Origin: an uncultured Actinomycetes bacterium
Lineage (GTDB): Bacteria > Actinomycetota > Acidimicrobiia > Acidimicrobiales > CADCTF01
Assembly (NCBI GenBank): GCA_963731055.1
Contig: CAVSUD010000016.1
Coordinates: 39,914 to 103,913, forward strand
Direction of reading: 5' to 3'
DNA length: 64,000 nucleotides
The translations under genes were made by a program, and so were the position numbers. The notes under the pieces were generated by a model. It was not told where the DNA came from. It searched no databases and worked only from the letters and a program-made list of their open reading frames with translations. This document shows, in pieces, positions 54,591 to 63,346 of the stretch. Positions within the stretch are counted from its first letter, which is position 1. The number at the start of each line of letters is the position of its first letter.

Positions 54591-56098
54591 TGGGCGTGTC
54601 CGAGCACCTACGCGTCATCTGGCGGCGGAAGTGGCGGATCCTGGCCGTCGCCCTCGTGCTCGCCGGCATCGTCTACGTCCGCAGCGACGCCGAGCCCGAG
54701 GAGTACCGCGCCACCGCCGTGCTGGCCGTCACGCCCGGACGGGCCGAGGCGGCCACGGATGCCGCCGACCGCCTGGCCCGCTCCTACTCGGTGCTGGCCA
54801 CCACCCGGCCCGTCGTCGCCGTCGCCGTCGAGCAGGGCGCCTTGCGGGAGGGCGCATCGGCGGCGCGCGACCAGGTCGTGTCGGCATCCGAGGACGGGTT
54901 CGTCGAGATCACCGGTGACGGCCCCTCCCCCCGCCGGGCCGAGCAGCTCGCGTCGGCCGTCGCCGACGCGCTCGTCGCCACCGTCCGCACCCGACAAGAG
55001 GCGGCCCGACAGGAGACGGTGGCCCCCGCGGCGGCCGAGTTGGAGACGCTGGAGCGCCAGCTGTCGAACCGCGACATCGCGCCCGACGCACCGTTGCGCA
55101 CCGCGCTGCTGGCCCGCTACACCGAGATCAACCGGGCCGTCACCGAGGCCCGGCTGCGACCCCTGGACCGGATCGACGTCGTGTCGCCGGCCCGCTCGGG
55201 GACGTCGGCGGTCTCGCCCCTTCCGGCTCGCGACGGCCTCTTGACCTTCGTCGGCGCCCTCCTCGCCTTCTCGTTGTTGGCCGTGCTCGTCGAAGTGCTG
55301 AGCGACCGGTTCAGCACGGAGCGACCGGCCGAGGAGGTCACCCGCGTCACCGGGCTCCCGGTGCTCGCCGAGATCCCGAGGTCGGGCGGTCCCGAAGTCG
55401 TCGAGGCCTTCCGCACGCTGCGGACGAGCCTCATGTTCATGTCCACGTCGGAGCGGTTGCGGACCTTGGCCGTGGTCAGCGTCGACCCCGGCGCGGGCAA
55501 GACGGCGACCGCGTTGAACCTGGCTCGCGAGGCGGCTGCTCTGGAGGTGCCGGTCGTGCTGATCGACGGCGACCTGCGGCGGCCGATCCTCCACGAGCGC
55601 CTCGACCTCCCCCGCTCCCCCGGGTTGAGCGAGGCGCTCGCCGGCACGTCCGACACCGCCGGCGTCGGCCACCTCGTGCAGGGGTGGCTCCGGGTGGTGC
55701 CGAGCGGCGCGCCGGTCGCCGACCCGGCCGGGCTGTTCGGCGGTCGTTCGTTCCGGGAAGCGCTCGACGGCATGACGTGGGCCGAGCTGGTCGTGGTCGA
55801 CACGCCCGCCGCCGGTCTGTTCGCCGACGCCCTCGCCATCGCCTCGCAGTGCGACGCGACGCTGATCGTCGTCGACGCCGAACGCAGCAAGCGGCGGCCG
55901 GTCCGGAACCTGGTCGAGAGCCTCCGTCACGTGAGCGCCCAGCCGATCGGGATCGTGCTGAACCGCACGGAGCCCGCGCCCCGACCGTCGTACTACGAGG
56001 TGAAGGACCCGCGCCCGCCCAAGGCGACGGCGCCGGCCCGCCCGTCGACTCGCGCCGTCACGAAGGACGATCGAGGAGCGCCGCCACCCACCCGCTGA
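54590..56098 (+). CDS. polysaccharide co-polymerase / BY-kinase-like protein (Wzz-type N-terminal domain plus CpsD/CapB-type P-loop ATPase)
   Basis: ATG 54590 shares one base with the MFS stop (TGATG). TM1 WRILAVALVLAGIVYV, a coiled periplasmic-type segment, TM2 LLTFVGALLAFSLLAVLV. Walker A VSVDPGAGKTATALNLA, A' VVLIDGDLRRP, B LVVVDTPAAG. There is no Tyr-rich C-terminal cluster (only SYYE). Confidence 0.78.
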   Translation: MGVSEHLRVIWRRKWRILAVALVLAGIVYVRSDAEPEEYRATAVLAVTPGRAEAATDAADRLARSYSVLATTRPVVAVAVEQGALREGASAARDQVVSASEDGFVEITGDGPSPRRAEQLASAVADALVATVRTRQEAARQETVAPAAAELETLERQLSNRDIAPDAPLRTALLARYTEINRAVTEARLRPLDRIDVVSPARSGTSAVSPLPARDGLLTFVGALLAFSLLAVLVEVLSDRFSTERPAEEVTRVTGLPVLAEIPRSGGPEVVEAFRTLRTSLMFMSTSERLRTLAVVSVDPGAGKTATALNLAREAAALEVPVVLIDGDLRRPILHERLDLPRSPGLSEALAGTSDTAGVGHLVQGWLRVVPSGAPVADPAGLFGGRSFREALDGMTWAELVVVDTPAAGLFADALAIASQCDATLIVVDAERSKRRPVRNLVESLRHVSAQPIGIVLNRTEPAPRPSYYEVKDPRPPKATAPARPSTRAVTKDDRGAPPPTR

Positions 56099-56646
56099 CC
56101 GCCTCGACCACCGCGACGTCCTTGCGCCGGAGCCCGTGGTCGCCACCGTCGATCCAGACGTGGGCCACCTCGCCCGGGATGGCGGCCGTCGCCGCCTCGA
56201 GCTCGGCCGGGGTGGCGAAGGTGTCTCGCGTGCCCGATACGAAGAGGCAAGGGACCGACAGCGCCGGGAAGTGGTCCGTCCGCAGCTTCTCGGGCTTCCC
56301 CGGCGGGTGCAGCGGATAGGAGACGAGCACGAGCCCGCGGCGCGAGCAGCCCGTCGGCGACGGCCATCGAGCAGATGCGGCCGCCCATCGACCTCCCCCC
56401 GAGGAGGAGGTCGCCCAAGGCCAGGCCGGCCGATGCCGCCAGCGCCGCGGCGCCCTGTCGCACCGCCTCGAGCAGCACGGGCGGACGGTCCGGCGCCCGC
56501 TTGCCGGCCCGCGTGTACGGGAAGTCCATCCGCTCGACGGCCACGCCCAAGGTGCTCACCGCCTCGTCGATCGCCACCAGCGCCGGCTGCTCTCGGGTCG
56601 CGCTGGCGCCCGGCGTCAGGAGGAGGCCGGCTCGGGGCGTGGTCAT
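56058..56646 (-). CDS. alpha/beta hydrolase (dienelactone-hydrolase-like, about 195 aa); one frame break near 56330-56360
   Basis: MTTPRAGLLLTPGASATREQPALVAIDEAVSTLGVAVERMDFPY..., nucleophile elbow GGRSMGGRICSMA. C-terminus SYPLHPPGKPEKLRTDHFPALSVPCLFVSGTRDTFATPAELE...IDGGDHGL (ORF 56058-56330). Confidence 0.7.
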
Positions 56647-57353
56647 GCCGTGTGGAGGAGGATCCGGCGCGCCTCGGTCAGGTCCTGGATGCGCTGGCCC
56701 GCCCCCTCCGCCTCCCCGCCATGATCGGGGTGCTGCTCGCGCAAGAGGCTCCGGAACTGCTTCTGGATGGCGCTGCGGGCCGGCTCGGTCCCCGGGTCGA
56801 AGCCCAGGACCTTGAGGGCCCACCGCTCGTCGTTCGGGACACCCCGACGCCGGAAGCTCCCCGCCTCGTCGCCGGTCAGGAAGGCGAGGAGCTTCTCGTC
56901 GATCGCGCCGGTCCACCGCGTGGCCCGGCGCAGGAGGCGGAAGACGTCGCTGCGCACGGCGTAGGACAGCTGCCCGGCGGCGTACATGGCCCCGAGGATC
57001 TGCGGGAGGACGGCGCCGTGTCCGTCGATGTCGAGCTCCATGCCGCCACCGGCGTCGTCGCCGACGAGGCGGTGGTGACTCCGATCGAGGCCGTGGGTGT
57101 CGGCCTGGAACCGGTGGAGGAGCCGGGGCTGCACGATCCTCGCTCCGCGCTCCAGGTCGGCCAGGAGGGCGTCGACGCGATCGTGGACGTCGTCGTCGTC
57201 CAGGGCGGACACGCCGGCGGCGACGATCCCCGCCAGCAGCAATCCTCCGTGCCCGGGGGACGGGTCGGTGGGGAGGTAGAGGGACCCGAGGGCCACACGC
57301 CTCGTGGGAGCGTACGGGCGCGAGTGGCGCACCTCGAGCTCGGCCAGGAGCAT
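56643..57353 (-). CDS. J-domain (DnaJ-like HPD motif) protein with an unrecognised N-terminal domain
   Basis: Intact 236 aa. The C-terminal ~65 aa read ERWALKVLGFDPGTEPARSAIQKQFRSLLREQHPDHGGEAEGAGQRIQDLTEARRIL (HPD). The stop overlaps the hydrolase start (ATGA). Confidence 0.7.
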   Translation of the reverse strand: MLLAELEVRHSRPYAPTRRVALGSLYLPTDPSPGHGGLLLAGIVAAGVSALDDDDVHDRVDALLADLERGARIVQPRLLHRFQADTHGLDRSHHRLVGDDAGGGMELDIDGHGAVLPQILGAMYAAGQLSYAVRSDVFRLLRRATRWTGAIDEKLLAFLTGDEAGSFRRRGVPNDERWALKVLGFDPGTEPARSAIQKQFRSLLREQHPDHGGEAEGAGQRIQDLTEARRILLHTA

Positions 57354-57379
57354 CGGGCGAATCTACGGGGGTCGAGCGG

Positions 57380-57955
57380 TTACACGTACCCGAACAGGAC
57401 GTCGCGCAGGCGCTGCGCGTGGCCTTGGACCTGCTCGTCGTCGGCTTCCTGCTCGATGGACCGGCTCACCTCGGCGGCCAGCTCCTGGACCCGACGCCAG
57501 ACCTCGGGGTCGATGCCGAAGGGGGGCTCGATGGCTCGGGCCGCGTCGGCGGCGTCGAAGAACTCACCGGCCAGGGCAAGGTCCCCGGGTTGATCCTTCA
57601 GCCGGTCGGCGGCCACGTACAGATCACCCATCACGGCGTAGTTGGCTTCGTCGTCGCCACCGTCGTCGGCGACGGCCTCGAGCGCATCGGGGTTCTCCAC
57701 GTCGTCGAGCAGCCCGTCCACGGACTCCTCGTCCTGCTCCCCGACGACCAGGTCGGTGCCGACGGCCCACGGGTCACCGGGCTCGTAGCTCGGCTCCACG
57801 TCGGCGCCGCTCGGCGTCTCCCACTGGTGCTCGATGCCGGCCGCCACCAGGCGCTGCTCGAGGGCACCGCGCTGGTCGGCCGACCACTCGTCGAGCTCGT
57901 AGACGATGACCTCCGTGCCCTCGTCCTCGTTGCCGCCGGGTCCGGTGTCCGTCAT
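57380..57955 (-). CDS. highly acidic hypothetical protein (191 aa)
   Basis: Intact. MTDTGPGGNEDEGTEVIVYELDEWSADQRGALEQRLVAAGIEHQWE...DDGGDDEANYAVMGDLYVAADRL... No family recognised. Confidence 0.55.
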   Translation of the reverse strand: MTDTGPGGNEDEGTEVIVYELDEWSADQRGALEQRLVAAGIEHQWETPSGADVEPSYEPGDPWAVGTDLVVGEQDEESVDGLLDDVENPDALEAVADDGGDDEANYAVMGDLYVAADRLKDQPGDLALAGEFFDAADAARAIEPPFGIDPEVWRRVQELAAEVSRSIEQEADDEQVQGHAQRLRDVLFGYV

Positions 57956-57985
57956 GGCGACGGACCCTACCCGGGTGCGACCGGG

Positions 57986-58336
57986 CTAGAGGTAGGAGTA
58001 GGCGGTGCGCCGGTTGCGGCGGGCGGCCGCATCCAACAGGGCGCCGACGGCGATCAGCAGGAACGCCAGGGGGACGAGCTTGTCGGCGGCGATACCGGTG
58101 TCGGCCAGAGGATCCTCGACCGCCGCCGCGGCCGCCGCCTGCACCGGCGTCGGCGTCGGAGCGGCCGCACGGGCCGTCGTCGTCGTGGTCGCGGCGGGAG
58201 CCGCCGTCGTGGTCGGCGCCGGCGTGACCGGGATGGACCGCACGGGCGGCATCGTGGTCGTCGTCTGGGCCGCCGCCGGCGCGGCCAGACCGACGGCCAG
58301 GACGGCCGCCACGATCAGGGTCCGGAGCGCACGCAC
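57986..58336 (-). CDS. small secreted Thr/Ala/Pro-rich protein with an LAxTG-type (LADTG) sortase signal
   Basis: GTG 58336 lies inside ORF 57986-59602. Signal peptide VRALRTLIVAAVLAVGLAAPAAAQ, a T/A/P-rich tract, then PLADTG + LVPLAFLLIAVGALL + RRNRR. Confidence 0.55.
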   Translation of the reverse strand: MRALRTLIVAAVLAVGLAAPAAAQTTTTMPPVRSIPVTPAPTTTAAPAATTTTTARAAAPTPTPVQAAAAAAVEDPLADTGIAADKLVPLAFLLIAVGALLDAAARRNRRTAYSYL

Positions 58337-58392
58337 GGGCGGCAGGATAGCAAAGGGGACGGGGCGCGCCGCGAACCGGACGATCCGGGGTC

Positions 58393-60023
58393 TCACAGCG
58401 ACGGCACCTCCGTGTGGCGACCGAAGACACCGGCCAGGGTGGTGACGATCTCCCCGACGGTGGCGTAGGCCCGGACGGCGTCGAGGATCGGGGGCATGAG
58501 GTTGGCGTCGGCCTCGGCTGCGGTGGTGGCCACGGCGGCGAGGGCGCCGGCCACGGCGTCCGCCGACCGGCTCCGCTTGACCTCCGCCAGTCGCTTGCGC
58601 TGGATCTCCTCCACGTCCTCGTCGATGGCCAGCAGCGGCGGTCGATCGTCGTCGCCCTCGGTGAACGCGTTCACCCCCACGACGATCCGTCGCCCGTCGT
58701 TGATCCGGCGCTCGGCCTCGTAGGCCGACCGCGCGATCTCGCCCTGGAACCAGTTCTGGTCGATGCCGGCGTACACGCCCTCGAGGATGGACCCGCCGCC
58801 CAGGTCGTCGAGGTGGGCGAAGATCTCCTCGGCCCGCCGCTCCATCTCGTCGGTCATGGCCTCGACGGCCCACGACCCGCCGAGGGCGTCGGCGATATGG
58901 GCCACGCCGCTCTCGTGGGCGACGACCTGCTGGGTCCGCAGCGCCAGCCGAGCCGCCTTCTCCGTCGGCAGGGCGAGCGCCTCGTCGTAGGCGTCGGTGT
59001 GCAACGACTGCGAACCCCCGAGCACGGCGGCGAGCGCCTGGATGGCCACGCGCGCGAGGTTCACCTCCGGCTGCTGCGCCGTGAGCGACACGCCGGCGGT
59101 CTGGGTGTGGAAGCGGCACTGCATCGACCGCGGGTTCGTGGCGCCGTAGCGGTCGCGCAGCCACCGTGCCCAGATGCGGCGGGCGGCGCGGAACTTGCCG
59201 ATCTCCTCGAAGAAGTCCCAGTACGAGTTGAAGAAGAAGGAGAGGCGCGGGGCGAACTCGTCGACGTCGAGACCGGCCGCCACCGCCGCCTCCACATAGG
59301 CGAAGCCGTTGGCGAGGGTGAAGGCGAGCTCCTGCGCGGCCGTCGAGCCGGCCTCGCGGATGTGGTAGCCGGACACCGAGACGGGGTGCCACCTCGGCAT
59401 CTCGGCGGCGCAGAACCGGATCATGTCGGTCACGATCCGCATCGAAGGCCTCGGCGGGAAGATGAACTCCTTCTGGGCCTGGTACTCCTTCAGGATGTCG
59501 TTCTGGATCGTGCCGGCGAGGCGGGCCCGCTCGACGCCGCTCGCCTCCCCGGTGGCCACATACATGGCCAGGAGCGATGGCGGCCGGCGAGTTGATCGTC
59601 ATCGACGTGGTGACCGAGCCGAGGTCGATGTCGGCGAAGAGGTCCTCGCACGTCGGCCAGGGTGTCGATGGCGACGCCGGCCTTGCCCACCTCGCCGAGG
59701 CAGTGCGGATCGTCGGAGTCGCGGCCCATCAGGGTCGGCAGATCGAAGGCGGTCGAGAGGCCGTCGCCGCCCGAGCGCAGGATCTCCTTGAAGCGGGCGT
59801 TGGTGTCCTCCGCCGTGCCGAAGCCGGCGAACATGCGCATCGTCCAGAGCTTCGACCGGTACATGGAGGCATAGGGGCCGCGGGTGAACGGGAACTGCCC
59901 CGGGAACTCCCCGTCGTCGGGTCCGTACACCGGCTCGAGCGGGATCCCGGAGAGCGTCTCGGCGGTCACATCACGCTTGGGGGCGGCGTCGTAGCTGGCT
60001 CGCCAGTCATCACGTGCCGTCAT
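58393..60023 (-). CDS. acyl-CoA (methylmalonyl/isobutyryl-CoA) mutase large catalytic subunit, no B12-binding domain; one or two frame breaks near 59560-59620
   Basis: [123 protein letters not shown] (ORF 58393-59565). It ends ...GRHTEVPSL. Confidence 0.88.
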
Positions 60024-60046
60024 GGCCTCAGGGTAACGTCCGGGCC

Positions 60047-61044
60047 ATGACGCCCGACCCCCAGGCTCCTGATCGCAACCTGGCCATGGAGCTCGTCCGC
60101 ACCACCGAGGCGGCCGCTCTGGCCGCGTCGCGGCTGGGTCGGTCGGGGCGACAAGGACGGGGCCGACGGCGCCGCCGTCGACGCCATGCGGGTCGTGCTC
60201 GGGACCGTGAGCATGGACGGCATCGTCGTCATCGGCGAGGGCGAGAAGGACGAGGCGCCCATGCTCTACAACGGCGAGCAGATCGGCACGGGCGAGCCGC
60301 CCCAGACCGACATCGCCGTCGATCCCGTGGAGGGCACGACCCTCACCGCCCTCGGCCAGGGCGGCGCCACGTCGATCATCGCGGTCAGCGAGCGGGGCAC
60401 GATGTTCGATCCGGGCCCCATCTTCTACATGAACAAGATCGCGGTCGGCCCCGAGTCGAGGGGCGTCATCGACATCAACGCGTCGCCGACGGAGAACCTC
60501 CGGGCCGTGGCCAAGGCCAAGGGCGAGTCGGTCCGGGACGTCACCGCGGTCATCCTGAACCGGCCCCGACACGACGACCTCATCGCCGAGATCCGCGAGG
60601 CCGGCGCCCGCATCCGCCTGATCGACCACGGCGACGACGCCGGCTGCCGTCGCCACGGCCTGGTACGACTCCGGCATCGACATCCTCTTCGGGATCGGCG
60701 GCTGCGCCGAGGGCGTGATCTCGGCTGCCGCCCTGAAGTGCATGGGGGGGTCGTTCCAGGGCCGCCTCCATGCCCGCAACGACGCCGAGCGGGAGGCCGC
60801 CATCGCGGCCGGGTACGACCTCGACAAGGTGCTCACGCAGGACGACCTCGTCCGCAGCGACAACTGCTTCTTCGCCGCCACCGGCATCACCGACGGCGAG
60901 CTCCTCCGCGGCGTGCACTACGACGCCCGGGGGGCGACGACCTCATCGCTCGTCATGCGCTCCAAGTCCGGCACCGTTCGTCGCATCGAGGCCCGCCACG
61001 CCCTCGAGAAGCTCTCGGAGTACTCGTCCGTCGACTTTCGATAG
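60047..61044 (+). CDS. glpX: class II fructose-1,6-bisphosphatase; about three frame breaks
   Basis: [96 protein letters not shown]-terminus [32 protein letters not shown]. Confidence 0.88.
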
Positions 61045-61073
61045 CGCCGCTCGCCGCCGGTCCGCTCGGACCG

Positions 61074-62297
61074 GTGGTGTTGACGGTGCTCAGCGCGCTG
61101 CCCGTGGCGGTGCGCGGGCCGGACTACGTGCTCGACGACTGGTACCTGCTGGCGGACGCTCGCTTCGACGGCTGGTGGTTGTCCCTCAGCCGTGAGCTGT
61201 TCCTGGCCCGCCCGGGATCGGGGGTGGTCTACGCCGTCGTGTTCGGCCTCGTCGGTCGCCATGCCCTCGTCGCCTACGCGCTGCAGGTGGCGCTGGTAGG
61301 GGTGGCTGCCGTCCTGATCCGGTCGGTGCTGCGGCGGTTCGTGCCGACGTCGTTGGCGACCGCCACCGCCGCGATGTGGGCGGTCGTGCCCAACCACCAG
61401 TCGTTGTTGCACTGGGCGACCGGCAGCGCCATCACGGTCGCGCTCATCCTGGTCCTGGCCGGGATCGTGCTGCTCGCCGACGGCCGCCACGGCCTCGCCG
61501 CCGTGCTGCTCGGCGCCTCGATCCTCTGCTACGAGGCGACGGCGCCGGTGGCCGGCGCTGCGCTCGTGGCCGTTCCGTGGTTGCAGGGACGACCGTGGCG
61601 ACGTCCCCTCCTGGTGGGCGCAGCCGGCATCGTGCCCGCCGCGGCGTGGATCGTCGCGTTCATCCCGTCGGTCAAGCAGGGGATCCATCGCACCGCGGAC
61701 CTGGGCCTGCTCCTCCCGGCCCACGCCGGGTGGGGCGTGTTCCCCGACGGGCCGGTGGCCACGGTGCTCGGACTGCTCGCCACCGTTGCGTTGACCCTGC
61801 TGATCGTCGACGCCGTGTGGTCGAGGTCGTGGTCGACGGAGGTGCGCCTGGCCTTGGCCGGGATCGCGGTGATCCTCCTCGGGACCCTCCCCTTCGTCCG
61901 CTACTTCTACGCGCCGCTCGGTGCGGGTGACCGCGTCAACGTGGTCGCCGGCGTGGGCACGGCCATGCTCTGGACGGGCCTGCTCGCCTCGGCCGGCGCC
62001 CGCCTGCCGCGTCTCGCCTTCCGGCCCCTCGCCACCGCCGTCGTCGTCGCCATGGCCGCCGCCGCCTGGCAGGGGTCGATGGCCTGGGCGGCGGCGGCCG
62101 ACGACGCCGCCCGAGTGCTCGGAGACCTGCCGCCCCTCCCGCCCGGGACGTCGATCGTGGTGGACCGGCCCCCCCTGCACCGCAACGTGGCCGCCTTCCT
62201 CGACCGGTCCAACATCGAGAGCGCGGTGCAGCTCGAAGCCGACACGCGCGACGTCGCCGCACAGCTCCGGGTCCGCCGGGCCGGTCCGGGCCGCTGA
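61074..62297 (+). CDS. polytopic membrane protein, possibly a GT-C/ArnT-like glycosyltransferase; function unknown
   Basis: In-frame GTG 61074 in the tail of ORF 60186-62297. About 10 hydrophobic spans, then a C-terminal soluble segment (...[40 protein letters not shown]). Intact. Confidence 0.5.
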   Translation: MVLTVLSALPVAVRGPDYVLDDWYLLADARFDGWWLSLSRELFLARPGSGVVYAVVFGLVGRHALVAYALQVALVGVAAVLIRSVLRRFVPTSLATATAAMWAVVPNHQSLLHWATGSAITVALILVLAGIVLLADGRHGLAAVLLGASILCYEATAPVAGAALVAVPWLQGRPWRRPLLVGAAGIVPAAAWIVAFIPSVKQGIHRTADLGLLLPAHAGWGVFPDGPVATVLGLLATVALTLLIVDAVWSRSWSTEVRLALAGIAVILLGTLPFVRYFYAPLGAGDRVNVVAGVGTAMLWTGLLASAGARLPRLAFRPLATAVVVAMAAAAWQGSMAWAAAADDAARVLGDLPPLPPGTSIVVDRPPLHRNVAAFLDRSNIESAVQLEADTRDVAAQLRVRRAGPGR

Positions 62298-62314
62298 TCG
62301 TGCCGGGCGGCGTG

Positions 62315-62337
62315 CGGTGCGAGCCGGTGCCGCACCG
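62315..62337. terminator. GC-rich hairpin between convergent genes (possible bidirectional terminator)
   Basis: CGGTGCG (62315-62321) pairs with CGCACCG (62331-62337) around a 9-nt loop. It lies between stops at 62297 (+) and 62344 (-). There is no U-tract. Confidence 0.35.
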
Positions 62338-62343
62338 GGTGCG

Positions 62344-63321
62344 TCAGAGCTGCGGCCCGAGGTGGCGCTCCATCTGGACGAAGGTGCGGCCGGCCCGCCA
62401 CCGCTCGAGCGTGGCGTACACCCGCCACCCCCTCGACTCGTAGAACCGTCGAGCCGGCCCGTCGGCCGACGTGCGAAGCGTCAATCGCGAGCAGCCGCGC
62501 TCGACCGCGAGGGCCTCGGTCGCGGCGAGGAGATGCGACCCGACGCCGGTGCCGCGCTCGGCCTCGTCCACGATCAGTCGCCCGAGGTAGGCGTCCTGGG
62601 AACGGATCGTGCCGGTCGCCGTACCGACGATCTCTTCGAGCCGGCGGGCGACGAGGGCGAAGGGAGCCTCCTCGTCCGCTCCGCCGTAGGTGGCCCGCGA
62701 GTAGGCCGCCCAGCGCGACGCCGTCCAGGCCGAGGCCTCCACGTCGAGGGCGTCGGCCCGCTCGATCCGCAACTCGAGGCCCCCGCGACCGATCACCGCG
62801 GTCCGCTCGAAGGGGGCGTCGGCGATCGGGTGCCACGTGCGCTCGTCGCGCTGCTCGAGGAGGTGCACGCGATCGATCAGGACGTCGACCTCGTAGTCGC
62901 GGAGGCTGTGGAGGGTCGCCGCGATCCGGTCGGGATCGGCCCCGTCGGCGAGCGTCACGTGGGGCACGAACGGCAGGGTCAGGTGGCGCTCCAGGGGGCC
63001 CCGGAAGACGGCGTCTCGGAGGGCCAGCACCGCGTCGACTCCCGGCCCGTCGACGGCCAGGTACGCCACGGGGTTGACCGGGAGGAAGGTGGCCGGCGGG
63101 CCGAGGTGGAGGGTGAAGGGACGCGTGCGTGCCGCCGCCGCCCGCAGCACCGCGAGCGCCTCCGGGACGCGGTCCTCGGCGACGTTGACCGGCGGTACGA
63201 GCGTGAGGTGCGGGGGGATGCGGCCGAGTGCACCGTCGCCGAGGGCCCGCCGCAACCCGTCGACCTCGGCCGACCAGGGCGGCGGCACCAGCAGGACGAC
63301 GCCGACTCTGCGTCTGGGCAT
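62344..63321 (-). CDS. fusion protein: 2H phosphoesterase (LigT / 2'-5' RNA ligase-like) N-terminal domain plus GNAT acetyltransferase C-terminal domain
   Basis: Intact ORF 62344-63339, with likely ATG at 63321. Two HxT motifs, PPHLTLVPP and VPHVTLADG. The C-terminus LIVDEAERGTGVGSHLLAATEALAVERGCSRLTLRTSADGPARRFYESRGW is GNAT-like. Confidence 0.7.
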   Translation of the reverse strand: MPRRRVGVVLLVPPPWSAEVDGLRRALGDGALGRIPPHLTLVPPVNVAEDRVPEALAVLRAAAARTRPFTLHLGPPATFLPVNPVAYLAVDGPGVDAVLALRDAVFRGPLERHLTLPFVPHVTLADGADPDRIAATLHSLRDYEVDVLIDRVHLLEQRDERTWHPIADAPFERTAVIGRGGLELRIERADALDVEASAWTASRWAAYSRATYGGADEEAPFALVARRLEEIVGTATGTIRSQDAYLGRLIVDEAERGTGVGSHLLAATEALAVERGCSRLTLRTSADGPARRFYESRGWRVYATLERWRAGRTFVQMERHLGPQL

Positions 63322-63346
63322 CCGCAGACGGTGCCACACTCCCGGG

